Source: an uncultured Chloroflexia bacterium (GTDB lineage: Bacteria; Chloroflexota; Limnocylindria; Limnocylindrales; CSP1-4). Taken from it: DNA of 64,000 bases. The notes under the pieces are model-generated. The model had not been told where the DNA came from. It ran no database searches and was given only the letters and a program-made list of their open reading frames with translations. The stretch is taken from assembly GCA_963748625.1 (NCBI GenBank), contig CAVVJT010000007.1, forward strand, positions 896,001-960,000, given 5' to 3'. This document shows, one piece after another, positions 18,554 through 30,300 of this stretch. The translations under genes were made by a program, and so were the position numbers. Position 1 is the stretch's first letter. Every line of letters begins with the position of its first letter.

Positions 18554-19326
18554 TACCTGCGCACCTTGGCGAGGGCAGCGGTCTGCGCCTCGAACAGCGT
18601 CTTGAGACCATCGTTCGCAAGGTCGAGCAGGCCGTCGAGCTGGGCTCGGGAGAAGGGCTTGCCCTCCGCCGTGCCCTGGAGCTCCACGTAGGCGCCGGCG
18701 TCGGTGCCCACGACATTGAAGTCCACCTCGGCTCGGGAGTCCTCCGAGTAGTCGAGGTCCAGCATGTTGAGGCCGTCGATGATCCCCACGCTCACGGCCG
18801 CCACGTGCCCGGTGAGGTGGCGGTCCATCCCGTAGGTGATCATCGCGGCCGCCAGCGCGACGTAGCCGCCGGTGATGGACGCGGTCCGGGTGCCGCCATC
18901 GGCCTGGATGACGTCGCAGTCCACGGTGATCGTGCGCTCGCCCAGGCGGGACATGTCCACCACGCCCCGCAGCGACCGCCCGACGAGGCGCTGGATCTCG
19001 TGGGTCCGCCCGCCGATCTTGCCCTTGGCCGACTCACGCTCCGAACGCTCCGCGGTTGCCCGCGGCAGCATCTCGTACGTGCCTGTGACCCAGCCGGTGC
19101 CCTTGCCGCGAAGGTGCGGCGGGACGCGGTCCTCGATGGTGGCCGCGCACAGGACCTGCGTGTCGCCAAACCGGATCATGCAGGAGCCCTCGGCCCACTT
19201 CTGGACGCCGAGGGTGATCTCGATCGGGCGCAGGTCGCCCGGGCCACGCCCGTCCGCGCGCACGTGGCCGCGATTGCCGATGCCGCCGGTGCCGCCGCTT
19301 GCGGGCGGCCGATTGCCGATGCTCAT
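18553..19326 (-). CDS. rph: Ribonuclease PH
   Basis: [35 protein letters not shown]. Confidence 0.97.
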   Translation of the reverse strand: MSIGNRPPASGGTGGIGNRGHVRADGRGPGDLRPIEITLGVQKWAEGSCMIRFGDTQVLCAATIEDRVPPHLRGKGTGWVTGTYEMLPRATAERSERESAKGKIGGRTHEIQRLVGRSLRGVVDMSRLGERTITVDCDVIQADGGTRTASITGGYVALAAAMITYGMDRHLTGHVAAVSVGIIDGLNMLDLDYSEDSRAEVDFNVVGTDAGAYVELQGTAEGKPFSRAQLDGLLDLANDGLKTLFEAQTAALAKVRR

Positions 19327-20477
19327 GCGTTCGTCTCCCTGCGCTCGTCTGCCTTGGCGGCATCCCAGAGCGCGTCCAGCTCTTCGAAGGTCATGTCGCG
19401 CAGGGCCGTGCCGCGCGCGGCGGCCCCCAGCTCCACGTGCCGGAACCGCCGGCGGAACTTGTCGTTGGCGCCGCGCAGGGCGGCCTCCACCTCGATCCCG
19501 GTCTTGCGACCGACGTTCACCAGCACGAACAGCAGGTCGCCCAGCTCCTCGGCCCGGTGGGCGTCGGACTCCGCCTCGACGAGCTCGCCAACCTCCTCGC
19601 GCACCTTGTCCAGCACGCCGTCGATCGAGGGCCAGTCATAGCCAAGGTTCGCCGCCCGCTCCTGCATCTCCTGGCTGGCGGCGAGCGCAGGCAGCGAGCG
19701 GCTGATGCCGTCGAGCGCGCTCTTGAAGTCGCCGTCGGCGCCCTGGCCCGCGGCCGCCCGCTCGCCCTGCTTGATCCGCTCCCACTGGCGGTTCACGTCC
19801 GACGCGGTGCGCGCCTCGCTCTCGCCGAACACGTGGGGATGGCGACGGACGATCTTCGACGCGATGGCGGCCCACACGTCGGTCATGTCGAAGACGCCCG
19901 CCTCGGCCGCCAGCTGGGCGTGGAGGACGATCTGCAGCAGCAGGTCGCCGAGCTCGCCGGCAAGCTCCGGGGTGGCCTCGGCGCCGAGGGCGTCATAGAC
20001 CTCGTAGGCCTCCTCGAGCAGGTGGTTGCGGAGCGACTCGTGGGTCTGCTCGCGATCCCACGGGCAGCCACCCGGGGCGCGGAGGCGGGCGGAGATCCAC
20101 GGCATGCCCCACGGCGACGCCACGTCCGCCACGGGATCAACAGGCCCCAGGTACAGCGGTCCGGTGAGGTCCTCGCGGACGAGCTCACCGATGGTCGTCC
20201 CCTCGGGAATGCCGATCCGGCCGACCGGGTGGTCGGCCGGGTACAGGCGGCGGAGGAGGGCGATCGGCTCGGAGCCACCCGGGCCGTGGCGACCGGGCAG
20301 CGGCTCGACGGAGCCGTCCGGCGCCGCCAACCGGAGCCTGGCCGCCGGCACGACGAGCGTCGGCACGGCGGGTTCGAGCGGGGTGGCAGTCAGGCGCTCG
20401 CTGACGACGATGGCCAGCCCCCGACCCGGGTCGAAGGCCCAGCGCAGGCGTGCCTCGGCAAGGAGCGCGTCGAGCAT
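19323..20477 (-). CDS. mazG: Nucleoside triphosphate pyrophosphohydrolase MazG with an N-terminal extension
   Basis: [31 protein letters not shown]; tandem MazG domains. Confidence 0.93.
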   Translation of the reverse strand: MLDALLAEARLRWAFDPGRGLAIVVSERLTATPLEPAVPTLVVPAARLRLAAPDGSVEPLPGRHGPGGSEPIALLRRLYPADHPVGRIGIPEGTTIGELVREDLTGPLYLGPVDPVADVASPWGMPWISARLRAPGGCPWDREQTHESLRNHLLEEAYEVYDALGAEATPELAGELGDLLLQIVLHAQLAAEAGVFDMTDVWAAIASKIVRRHPHVFGESEARTASDVNRQWERIKQGERAAAGQGADGDFKSALDGISRSLPALAASQEMQERAANLGYDWPSIDGVLDKVREEVGELVEAESDAHRAEELGDLLFVLVNVGRKTGIEVEAALRGANDKFRRRFRHVELGAAARGTALRDMTFEELDALWDAAKADERRETNA

Positions 20478-20499
20478 CGCCTGCCCCGATCCGCCGGCG

Positions 20500-22218
20500 T
20501 CAGCTGGTGGCGCCGGTGATGGCCGGATCGCGCGTCACCTCGAAGGCGTCCCGTTCGGTGGTGTACCAGTCCCCGAAGACGGTGCTCCGCAGCTCGGCCT
20601 CCTGGTCCTCGTCGGGGGCCCGGGTCTCCTCCGCGTTGACGCGAACGAGGTAGATCCCCTCACCGTCCACCGTGACCGGGTCGGCGACCTGACCAAGCGG
20701 CGCCGCGAAGATCGCGTCCTCGAGCGTCCTGCCCAACTGGCCCTTGGCCACCCATCCCAGGCGCCCGCCCTGCGCGGCGTCCCCCAAGTCGGAGTTGTCG
20801 CGCGCGGCATCCTCGAAGGTGACAGTGCCGGCGGCAATGTCGCTCTTGAGCTTGGCCGCGAACTCCACGTCCGGCGGGAAGCGCTGGACCTGGATCACGT
20901 GGTACCCGAAGGCGGACCTGACCGGCTCAAGGAGCTGGCCGGGCTGCAGGCCCTCGGCCGAGATCGCCGCCCAGAACGCCGGGTCGATGGCGTCCTCGGT
21001 GGAGAAGTACGGCAGCTTGCCGCCGGTCGAGACGGCAGCGCCCTCATCGCTCTCGGCGCGCGCGATCGAGTCGAACAGGGTCGGGTCGGCCTTGAGCTTC
21101 TCATAGGTCGCCTTGGCCTTGGTCTCGGCGGCGGCCCATGCCGGATCGTCCTGGGCAATGGTGCTGGCGGCGTTGGGATCGCCGTTGGGCGAGTAGAGGA
21201 TGTGGCGGACGCGGATGGCGCCATCCCCGGACTCGCTCTGGCCCTCGGCGAGGAGGATCTGCTGGACGTCGCGCTGCGGCCCCTCGGCGAGGTATGGGGC
21301 GAGCACGGACTCCTCGAGCCGGTCGCGGGTGAGATCGCGGCGGAGCGCGGCGCGGAAGTCGTTGATGTCGATGCCCGCGTCCTTGACCTGCTGCTCCAGG
21401 GTCGCGTCCACCACGGGGTCGAGGATCTCGGTGACCCGGCCGATGCGGAAGGTGCCGTCAGCACCCTCGACCACCTCGGTCGGGGCGTCCTTGGCCGCAG
21501 CGAGGAGCGCCGCCCGGAAGGCCGTGTCGAGCGAGCTGGCATCATCGATGAACCCGATGTCACCTGCCTGGGCGGCGGATGCGTCGGTGGAGACCTCCTT
21601 GGCGATGGCGTCCCAATCGCCACCAGCCTTCAGGTCCGCGAGCGCCTTCGCAGCCTTGGCCCTCGCGGCAGTCTTCGCCTCGTCGGTGGGCAGGCTCTTG
21701 CCGGATTCGAGCTCCGGCGTCACGGCGATCATCCACGCATGCCGCAGCTCGGGGATGGTGGCCTCTTCGGTGACGCGCCCGGTGACATCATCCTCGGTGA
21801 TGGTCACGCCCTGCTTCGTGGCGAGCTCGGCCTGGATGGTGCCGTCGATGAGCTGCTCGAGCGAGATGGTGTCGATCTGCTGGAGCCGCTGCTCGATGAT
21901 CGCCTGGCGCGTGTCGGCATCCGTGGGCCGGATCTGGTTGGCGGCCAGGAGGGTCCGGAGCCGGCGGGTCTGGTAGTCGGCGCGGAACGTGTTGACCGCA
22001 ACCTGCTTCGCGTACGCGTCCTTGGTGATGGTCTGCCCGTTCACGGTGGCCACCGAGGCGAGGTGGTCGTTGTACCACGAGGCTCCCCAGGCCACGAGCA
22101 GCAGCAGGAGCGCGGCCACGATGGTGAGTCCGAAGCCGATGTTGAGCAGCGCGGACCGCCGGTCCCGATCATCCCAGGAGCGGGACCGGGTGGCGCCCTG
22201 CTTGGGGCGAGAGGTCAT
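20500..22218 (-). CDS. Membrane-anchored parvulin-type peptidyl-prolyl isomerase (SurA/PrsA-like)
   Basis: N-terminal TM; RVRHIL, GGKLPYF, PVRSAFGYHVI; several parvulin-like repeats. Confidence 0.85.
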   Translation of the reverse strand: MTSRPKQGATRSRSWDDRDRRSALLNIGFGLTIVAALLLLLVAWGASWYNDHLASVATVNGQTITKDAYAKQVAVNTFRADYQTRRLRTLLAANQIRPTDADTRQAIIEQRLQQIDTISLEQLIDGTIQAELATKQGVTITEDDVTGRVTEEATIPELRHAWMIAVTPELESGKSLPTDEAKTAARAKAAKALADLKAGGDWDAIAKEVSTDASAAQAGDIGFIDDASSLDTAFRAALLAAAKDAPTEVVEGADGTFRIGRVTEILDPVVDATLEQQVKDAGIDINDFRAALRRDLTRDRLEESVLAPYLAEGPQRDVQQILLAEGQSESGDGAIRVRHILYSPNGDPNAASTIAQDDPAWAAAETKAKATYEKLKADPTLFDSIARAESDEGAAVSTGGKLPYFSTEDAIDPAFWAAISAEGLQPGQLLEPVRSAFGYHVIQVQRFPPDVEFAAKLKSDIAAGTVTFEDAARDNSDLGDAAQGGRLGWVAKGQLGRTLEDAIFAAPLGQVADPVTVDGEGIYLVRVNAEETRAPDEDQEAELRSTVFGDWYTTERDAFEVTRDPAITGATS

Positions 22219-22371
22219 GGACGTGTGGATCCTTCGTTCGTGAGGGAGCCTTCCCGGCAGGAGATGGCAGCCGGTCGGCGCGGTTGCGGACGCGCCGCGG
22301 ATGGTACCGCATGCGCGTGCGAGGGCCGCATCGGGCCACTCGGGGCGAGCCGCATGCTACCCTCCGGCCCG

Positions 22372-23241
22372 ATGACTGCCAGATCCGAGGTCCCGGCCCA
22401 GTTCAGGTCCTCCGCGAAGCGGCCGGGACCGATCGGCCTCATCAAGGTCGGGATCACCGAGACGCTGTCGCGGAAGCGCCTCGTCGCGTACCTCGTGCGG
22501 GCGGACCTGCGCAAGACCGGTGCCGACACGTTGCTGGGCAACCTGTGGTGGATCATCGATCCGGTCCTCCAGATGGCCGTGTACTCGCTCCTCGTGACCA
22601 TCATCGGGCGCGGTGGCGGCATCGAGGACTACCCGCTCTTCATCTTCGCGGCGATCCTCCCCTGGAAGTGGTTCGACTCCACGGTCAAGGACGGGGTGAC
22701 CTCGGTCGTCAGCCAGGAACGGCTGATCAAGCAGATCTACTTCCCGAAGCTCGTGCTGCCAGTCTCGGCGTCCCTGGGCGGGATCGTCAGCTTCGGATTC
22801 GGCCTGGTCCCGCTCGTCGCGATGATGGTCCTCTTCTTCCCGGGCCACCTGAGCCTCTGGCTGCTGCTGATCCCGCTCGTCGCGATCGTCCAGCTGCTCT
22901 TCACCTCGGCATTCGCGATCGCGGTGGCCGCGCTGAACGTGTTCTACCGCGACGTCGGCAACGTGATGCGCCACGTCATGCGCTTCTGGTTCTTCCTCTC
23001 CCCGACCCTGTACGGCCTCGACCAGGTGGCCGAGCTGAGCAACAAGAGCGAGGTCGTCCGGGTCTGGTACCAGGTGAACCCGTGGACCCACATCTTGGGC
23101 TCCTACCGGAACCTCATCTACTACGGCATCGCGCCTGACTGGGTCGGGCTGCTTGCCGTCGGGGTCATCTCGGTCTTCATGCTCGCCGGCGCCATCCTGC
23201 TGTTCAAGCGCGTCGAGCCCGCCTTCGCGAAGGTCCTGTGA
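22372..23241 (+). CDS. ABC-2 polysaccharide export permease (Wzm-like)
   Basis: LGNLWWIIDP, LIKQIYFP, YRD, NP motifs; coupled to the ATPase gene. Confidence 0.9.
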   Translation: MTARSEVPAQFRSSAKRPGPIGLIKVGITETLSRKRLVAYLVRADLRKTGADTLLGNLWWIIDPVLQMAVYSLLVTIIGRGGGIEDYPLFIFAAILPWKWFDSTVKDGVTSVVSQERLIKQIYFPKLVLPVSASLGGIVSFGFGLVPLVAMMVLFFPGHLSLWLLLIPLVAIVQLLFTSAFAIAVAALNVFYRDVGNVMRHVMRFWFFLSPTLYGLDQVAELSNKSEVVRVWYQVNPWTHILGSYRNLIYYGIAPDWVGLLAVGVISVFMLAGAILLFKRVEPAFAKVL

Positions 23242-24047
23242 GCACCGAGTCCGCCGCCGCCAGCAAGATCGCCATCCACGCCGAGAACGTTGGCGTCAAG
23301 TACAACCTGCGTCTGACGCGGAAGGCGACGCTGCGCCAGACCATGATCCGCCGGGTCAAGCGGACCGGTGACAACTGGTTCTGGGCCCTGCGCGAGGTGG
23401 GCTTCACCGTCAACCACGGCGACTCGCTCGGCGTGGTGGGGCCCAACGGCGCCGGCAAGAGCACGCTGCTCCAGGTGCTGGCCGGAATCATCACGCCGTC
23501 CGAGGGCGACGTGCTGGTGGACGGGCACGTCTCCAGCCTGCTGACGCTCGGGGTGGGCTTCGACCAGGACCTTTCCGGCACGGACAACATCCGCCTCGCG
23601 GGCGCGTTCATGGGGATCGACCACAAGGTGGTCGAGGAGAAGCTGCCCGGGATCGTTGACTACGCCGACCTGGGCGAGTTCATCGACGCGCCGATCAAGA
23701 CGTACTCGTCGGGCATGCGGGCGCGTCTCGGGTTTGCGATCGCCACGTCGGTGGAGCCCGACATCCTGCTGCTCGACGAGGTCCTGTCCACGGGTGATGC
23801 CGCGTTCCGCGCCAAGTCCAAGGAGCGCGTCGGCGAGCTGGTCAAGGAGGCCAAGGCGATCGTGCTGGTGACCCACGACATGAACTGGGTGACCGAGTAC
23901 TGCAACCGCGCAATGCTCATCGAGCACGGGCGCATCTTCATGATGGGCACGCCCGAGGAAGTGGTCGGCGTCCACATCGAGCGCTCCGCCGAGCGTCGTG
24001 CCCAGAAGCAGGCCCAGGGCGTGTTCCAGGTGAAGCGCCGCCCGTAG
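23238..24047 (+). CDS. ABC polysaccharide export ATP-binding protein (Wzt-like)
   Basis: GPNGAGKST, YSSGMRARLGF, LLLDEVL. Confidence 0.93.
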   Translation: MSTESAAASKIAIHAENVGVKYNLRLTRKATLRQTMIRRVKRTGDNWFWALREVGFTVNHGDSLGVVGPNGAGKSTLLQVLAGIITPSEGDVLVDGHVSSLLTLGVGFDQDLSGTDNIRLAGAFMGIDHKVVEEKLPGIVDYADLGEFIDAPIKTYSSGMRARLGFAIATSVEPDILLLDEVLSTGDAAFRAKSKERVGELVKEAKAIVLVTHDMNWVTEYCNRAMLIEHGRIFMMGTPEEVVGVHIERSAERRAQKQAQGVFQVKRRP

Positions 24048-24096
24048 GCCTGCCGGCGCCGGCTGGAACCCCAAGCGGCGCGGTCGCGTGAAGGGG

Positions 24097-24819
24097 CTAT
24101 CCGCGACGATCGCGGAGCAGCTTGAACGCCCCGGTGACGAGGCCGATTGCGACCCCCAGGGCAAGCCCGCCCCGCCAGTCAAGGAGGGGACGGACATCGC
24201 CCGTGACCTTGAGCGCCACCATGACCAGCACGGCGCTCGGCCGGTTGATGCTGATGTTCTGGGCGATCATCGTGCGGACGAAGCCCTGCTCGAGCGTCGC
24301 GTCCTTGGCCACCACGTTCGACGCGATGCCCTGGCTGACGCGCAGCTCACGTGCCATCGCGGCACCGACGCTGCCGAACTCCACGGACATCGTGTCAGCT
24401 CGCCCGGCGCCGATACCGCCCCATTGGACGAAGACGTCGTCGGCCTGGAGGCGGCCGATGCCGCCCATCCGGACCTCGACCCTCTCCGCCGTGGCCTCTT
24501 CGATGCCACCGCGCTCGACCCGGATGCTGCTGGCAGCGAGGCGCCCCTGCGGCCCCTCCAGGAGCAGCGGCCCGGCGGGTGCGGCCGGGGACCCGCCGAG
24601 TGCAGCCACCTCGGCGACCGCCTCCGCGACCGCCGCCGCCTCCGCAGCCTCGGCTTCGGCGATGGCGTCGACACCTGCGGACGCGTCGACCCCGGCTCCT
24701 GCGGACGAGCCAGCGCCGGCTGCGGCGGACGCACTTCCGGCACCAGCAACGTCAGGTGCGCCATCGAGCGCCTCGTCGGAGCGGGTGCGCGTGCGGCGTG
24801 CGGGCGTCTCGTCGGTCAT
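24097..24819 (-). CDS. Hypothetical protein with 15-aa beta-solenoid-like repeats and a C-terminal TM
   Basis: About 7 repeats of pattern xAxxVxVxxGGIxxx; GAGG RBS. Confidence 0.65.
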   Translation of the reverse strand: MTDETPARRTRTRSDEALDGAPDVAGAGSASAAAGAGSSAGAGVDASAGVDAIAEAEAAEAAAVAEAVAEVAALGGSPAAPAGPLLLEGPQGRLAASSIRVERGGIEEATAERVEVRMGGIGRLQADDVFVQWGGIGAGRADTMSVEFGSVGAAMARELRVSQGIASNVVAKDATLEQGFVRTMIAQNISINRPSAVLVMVALKVTGDVRPLLDWRGGLALGVAIGLVTGAFKLLRDRRG

Positions 24820-25068
24820 GGTGGTCCTCGTCGGGTACGGGTCGGCCGCAAGGACCGACACGATGGCTTCTCCGGGGAGCCTACAGCACGGCGCGGGGCC
24901 TGCTCCGGGCCGGCGCCCACGCCGCGCATGGGCATCCCGCGCCCCAAGGGGCTATCCTGCGGCCGGACCTGACCGGGCGTCACCCGGCCGACGGCCGTTG
25001 CGTCAGCCCGGCTGCCGGGGGACACGAGCCATGGCGGATCTGCGGACCGCCGGGAGGATGCGCCACCG

Positions 25069-26316
25069 ATGAGCCGGAATGTGACTGCGGCCCTGGCCGT
25101 GCTCGTCCTCGTCCTTGGCGTTGGAGCCGGGATCGCTGTCGGCTTCCTCGTGCAGGACCAGGGCGGTCAGACGGCGGCGGTCGGCACGGCGACGCCCGGA
25201 CCGGTGACCCCGGTGCCGGCCACGGAGTCCCCGTCGAACGGGGCGCCGTCCACCACCGCACCCGGGGAGAGCGGTGAGCCGTCCGGCGCCCCGACGCCGA
25301 GCGCGGCAGCATCGCCATCCGTCGCTCCCTCTGCCACCCCGGCGCCCACCCCCGTCACCTACGCCGAGGCGCTCACCGGGCTGCCGGTCAGCGAGAAGGT
25401 CGCCAAACGGCGCGTGATCGCGGTGATGATCGATGACCTGTGGGCAGCCAGGCCCCAGTCAGGCCTCAGCAGCGCCAGCGTGGTCTGGCACGCTCCGGCT
25501 GAAGGCGGCATCCCGCGCTACATGGCCCTGTTCCAGGCTGGTAACCCATCAGCGGTGGGGCCCGTCCGCTCGTCGCGCCTGTACTACATCGCCTGGGCGT
25601 CGGAGTGGCGCTCGGTCTACACCCATGTGGGCGGGTCGCCCCAGGCGATGGCCTACCTGGCCACCGGCAAGGGCCGGGGCAAGGCGGTGTACAACGCCGA
25701 CTACAACCGGTGGGGCGGCAAGTACCTCTGGCGGATCAGCCGCCGGTCCTCCCCGCACAACGTCTACACCGACGCGAAGAACCTGCGCAAGCTGGCCAAG
25801 GCCGTTGGCGGCGACCCGTATGCCGAGGCTCCCAAGCCCGTCTGGAGCTTCGGGCCCGACGCGCCACTGGAGGCGCGACCGGTGGGCGGCACGATCACCG
25901 TTCCCTATCCGGCCAACAAGATCCAGTACAAGTACGACCGCAAGTCGAACACCTACCGGCGGACCGTGACCGCGGAGGGCAAGCAGGTCGACGCCGCCAA
26001 CGACACCCGCATCGCCCCCAAGAACGTCGTCGTGATGCAGGTCCAGTTCGTCCCGACCGGCGACAAGAAGGGGCGCCTTGACGGCCAGGTCACGGGCACG
26101 GGCAAGGCCTGGTTCTTCAGCAACGGCAAGGTGGTCAAGGGCACCTGGAAGAAGGCCGATTTCACGGCGCACACGCGCTTCTTCGATGCGGCCGGCAACC
26201 CGGTCGTGCTGACGGCGGGGCAGACGTTCATCCAGGTGATCCCGCGCTCCACGGCGCTGAGCTTCACGAAGGGCAAGATGCCCGAGGCAACGCCGGCACC
26301 GAGCACCCAGCCGTAG
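25069..26316 (+). CDS. DUF3048 (YerB-like) membrane-anchored protein
   Basis: AVMID...ARPQSGL, EGGIPR, GPVRSSR, PHNVY. Confidence 0.9.
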   Translation: MSRNVTAALAVLVLVLGVGAGIAVGFLVQDQGGQTAAVGTATPGPVTPVPATESPSNGAPSTTAPGESGEPSGAPTPSAAASPSVAPSATPAPTPVTYAEALTGLPVSEKVAKRRVIAVMIDDLWAARPQSGLSSASVVWHAPAEGGIPRYMALFQAGNPSAVGPVRSSRLYYIAWASEWRSVYTHVGGSPQAMAYLATGKGRGKAVYNADYNRWGGKYLWRISRRSSPHNVYTDAKNLRKLAKAVGGDPYAEAPKPVWSFGPDAPLEARPVGGTITVPYPANKIQYKYDRKSNTYRRTVTAEGKQVDAANDTRIAPKNVVVMQVQFVPTGDKKGRLDGQVTGTGKAWFFSNGKVVKGTWKKADFTAHTRFFDAAGNPVVLTAGQTFIQVIPRSTALSFTKGKMPEATPAPSTQP

Positions 26317-26390
26317 GCGACCAAGCCCGCGGGCGTCTCGCGGGCCGGGGGCGGGCCGTGGGCCGGGCACGCCGGCCCGCGTGAAACTCG

Positions 26391-26491
26391 GCGCCCATGC
26401 CGGCGCGAGGCCAGCGCCCAGGCCGGCGTGAGGGTCAGCGCCGCGGCCGGCGCGAGGACCGGCGCCCATGCCGGCGCGAGGGTCAGCGCCC
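26391..26491. repeat. Degenerate 24-bp tandem repeat (about 4 copies) running into the ppm1 stop codon
   Basis: Unit gcgcccatgccggcgcgagggtca and variants. Confidence 0.75.
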
Positions 26492-27307
26492 GGTCGTTGT
26501 CGGCTTCCGCTTCGGGCCGCGCCCGCGGAGCTCGTCCAGGCGCAGGCCGACCACCACGAACAGCGCCTCCACGATGATCCGGCGACTCATCTTGGACTGG
26601 CCGAGCCGGCGGTCGCGGAAGATGATCGGCACCTCGGTCACGCGCGCGCCGAAGCGCGAGGCGCGGTACGTCATCTCGATCTGGAAGACGTAGCCACCCG
26701 CGCGCACGCCAGTGAACGGCACCGCCGCGAGCGTGCTCGCCCGCCAGGCCTTGAAGCCGCCCGTCAGGTCATGGGGCGCAAGGCCCAGCACGATCCGGGC
26801 GAAGGTGGAGCCGCCACGCGAGACGAGCCGGCGGCCGATCCCCCAGTCCACCACCCCGCCGCCCTTCGTGTACCGCGAGCCGATCACGAGATCCGCGCGG
26901 TCATCAGCGATGGGCCGCACGAGGTCGGGCAGGACCGCGGGATCGTGCGACCAGTCCGCGTCCATCTGGATCACGACCGAGGCGCCCGCGCCGAGCGCCA
27001 CGCCGAACCCGTCGAGGTACGCCCGGCCGAGGCCCTGCTTCGCCGCTCGGTGGTGCACGCGGATCCGGGCATCGATCCTGGCGAGCTCGTCGGCGATGAC
27101 GCCGGTCCCGTCCGGGGACCCGTCGTCCACCACGAGCAGCGTCGCGCCCGGCAGGGCTGCCAGGATCGCGGCGGAGATCTCGCGGATGTTCTCGCACTCG
27201 TTGTAGGTGGGCAGCACGACCCAGACGCCGGTCCTCACCGCCGACGAGTCGGACGGCCCATCGACGGGCGCGGAGGTGGGTTCGGCAGGCAGGACAGCAT
27301 CGGTCAT
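26483..27307 (-). CDS. ppm1: Polyprenol-monophosphomannose synthase (GT2)
   Basis: PTYNE, VVDDGSPDGTG, QMDADWSH, GYVFQIEM. Confidence 0.9.
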   Translation of the reverse strand: MTDAVLPAEPTSAPVDGPSDSSAVRTGVWVVLPTYNECENIREISAAILAALPGATLLVVDDGSPDGTGVIADELARIDARIRVHHRAAKQGLGRAYLDGFGVALGAGASVVIQMDADWSHDPAVLPDLVRPIADDRADLVIGSRYTKGGGVVDWGIGRRLVSRGGSTFARIVLGLAPHDLTGGFKAWRASTLAAVPFTGVRAGGYVFQIEMTYRASRFGARVTEVPIIFRDRRLGQSKMSRRIIVEALFVVVGLRLDELRGRGPKRKPTTTGR

Positions 27308-27350
27308 GTCCGGGTGAGTGTACGCGGACGGGTCCGGGCCGACTGCGTCG

Positions 27351-30300
27351 TCAGGACGCGACGGCGACCGTGGTCGTGGTGCTGTTCGGGTTCCCCGCCG
27401 TGTCCTTGCCCGTCACCTTGACGGTCGCCGTGCCGGCGGGTCCCGTGCGGATGGTGAAGGTCGCCCGGTAGGCGCCGCTGGCAAGCTTGGTCGCGGTGAC
27501 CGTCACCGCGTTCCGGCCGGGCTGGGCGAACCGGACCACCGGCCGGCCCGCGAGGGGCTCCACGCTGCGGATGGTGACGGTGAGCGTCTGGCCCGCCTTG
27601 ACGGTGGCCGCCGACGGCGAGATCGCGAAGGCCGCGGCTCGCACGGAACGGGCGAGCTCCACGGTGCCGATGGTCGAGGTGACCGTGAGGCGGGCGGTGT
27701 AGACGCCCTGCGGCGCCCATGCGCCGTCCGCAAGACGGCCGTCCCAGGTCCACCGCCGGTCGCCCGCGCGCTGGTCCTTGCCGGTCCACACGGTACGCAC
27801 GAGCGCGCCGCGAGCGTCGTAGAGGCGCAGCTTCGTGGTCGCGGCGCGCGAGAGCCTCCAACTCAGCTGCGACTTGGCGAGGAGTGCATCGCCATCCTGG
27901 GGGTGGAAGCTGCCCGACCACCGGAGCGTGCTCGCCGTCCGGTCCACGGTGACCGGAGCCGTGACGGTGCGCCGGTTGCCGGCCGCATCGCGCACAGCGA
28001 CCTTGAACGTGTAGCGCCCATCGGCGACCGCCGCCCCCGACCGGGTCCGTCCATTCCAATTCCCTGACCAGCTGGTCAGGCCGTCCACGGCCCAGGAGCG
28101 GACGATCGTGGTGCCCTTGTAGATGCGCGCGACGCCTGTCGCCTTCTCGGTGCTCGACCAGGCCAGCGTCGCGGTATCCAGCGCCCCGTCACCGTTGGGG
28201 GCGAAGACACCGGGCGAGACGGTCGGCGCGATCGTCGGGGCCGTGGTGTCCACGGCGATGGTGTAGGCCTTCGCAACCCGGTTGCCGGCCGCATCGAATG
28301 CCGCGAGGGTGGCCGTGTAGCGGCCGTCGGCCACGCGGGCACCGGCGTCGTTCGTGCCGGCCCACGTCACCGCGGCGGTGGAGCCACCCCCGGCCACCGT
28401 CCGCACGACCGTCCCGGACGCGGCGGCGATCGTGACGGTCCATCGTGTGGCACCGCCGGTCGCCGCCAGCGCGAGCCTCGCCGTGTCGAGCGTGCCGTCC
28501 CCGTTGGGCGAGATGAGGGAGGTCGACGCCGAGGCCGCCGAGAACGTCGGGGCGACCGTATCCACCGTCACGGCATACAGCGCCAGTTGGGCCGCGGTCA
28601 CCGGTCGGGCGGACGGCGCCGTGGACATGGTGCCGCCGGCCCTGCCGACGAGCTGGAGCTGGTACCGGCCGTCCGGCACGCGGCTGCCGCCGACCCGTCC
28701 ATTCCAGGTGAAGCCGCGCGCGCCAGTACCGGTCGCGGGCACGTCGACGGTGCCCATCAGCTCGCCGTTGGCCCTGAACACCTTCAGGTCCAGGCTCTCG
28801 AAGGCCACCGCGCTGGTCCAGCGGATCCGCAGGCCGTCCTCGCTGCCGTCCTTGCCCGGCGAGAAGGTCCGCACAGCAACGGCGTCGGCTCCCGTCCCCG
28901 TTCCAGCGGTGCCGGCCGGACCGAAGTCCAGCTCCTTGATCCGGGCGTCGACGCGCGTGGTCGCCGGCGATCGGTACGGCTTGACGAATGCGGCCCCGCC
29001 CCCCGCAGCGGCGATCCACACGCCGCGTTCCACGAAGGAGACGGGCGACCATTCCCGGATCGGCTGGGTCACCTCGAACCAGGTGAAACCGTCCTCGGCC
29101 ACGGGTCCGCGGGTCACGGCCACGATCGTGCCCTCGGGCAGCGAGCCGAGGCGCACGGTCTCAGTGCCCGGCCCGGAGCGGTAGGCGAGACCGTCCTTCA
29201 CCACCCGCCCGAAGCCGCCGGCCTCGAGCTGGGGGTTGGCGGTCCAGACCTGGGGCGTCGTGTAGGTGCCCGTGTTGCCCTTGGTATCGCGGGCCCGGAC
29301 GCGGAAGGCATAGCCGTGCCCGTCCTTGCCAAGGTAGACCTCGGAGGTCGCCTTCGTGGCCGACAGCCAGTTGGCCCAGGCGCCGCCGTCAACCGAGACC
29401 TGCACGTCATAGGTCGCGATGGCGCTGACGTCCTTGCCGGCCCACGTCACCACGAACCCCTCGTCATCCTGGACGCCCGCCGTCGAGCGGATGCCGGCCT
29501 GGGGCGCGGACTTGTCCACCAGGAAGGACTCGGCAAAGGCGCGGTAGAGCTCCGCGTGGCCACCGTCGTAGCCCAGCGCCCACATGCCGGCACCCCGCAG
29601 GCCGTAGTCGTTCACCATCGCCAGGCGCAGCCTCGTGGACTGGGCGTCGTCGTACCAGACCTGGCGCCACCCGGTCACGCAGCCGTAGGTGTTCGTGCAG
29701 TTCTCGCGCTTGTAGGCGATGTAGGGGCTCTGTTCGACGCCATCCCAGCGACGGCCGTACTTCGTGACGAGCGGTGCCAGCGACTCGTAGTTGACGGCGG
29801 TGCTGTAGCCGTACTTGGCGCCGCTGCGGTTCTCGGCGCGCGGCTCGTCGGTGGTGGTGGACCAGGCGCGGCCGTACCACGGGAGGCCGAGGATGACCTT
29901 GCTGGGGGCAACGCGGGAGGTGTAGGCGCGAACGGTGTCCGTGAGGTCGTAGCTGCGGCCCGACAGCGGGTCGACGGAGCCCGACGAGCCGGACCCGCTG
30001 GTCCGGTAGTCATAGCCCATCACGAAGATCGCATCGGCGGCGCCGGATCCGACGGACGCCTCGAGCGGGTAGTTGCCGATGTAGCCGGTGGTGTCGTAGG
30101 TGAGCTGGTAGCCGCCCTTGATCCTGCCAAGCTCGCTGCGGATGGCCTTGAGCAGGGCGATGAACTCGCTCTCGTACCCTGAGGCGAGCGGTTCGAAGTC
30201 CAGGTTGATGCCGTCCGCGCCGCGGTCACGCACGGCGGCGGCGGCCTGCTTCGCAAGGTTCGCGCGCGCGGCCCGCGAACCGAGGAGCTCACGCTGGACG

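Noticed and set aside
20026-22371. 1071-aa plus-strand ORF
   Set aside because: Antisense shadow of mazG and the PPIase gene; only 22372-23241 is the real permease.
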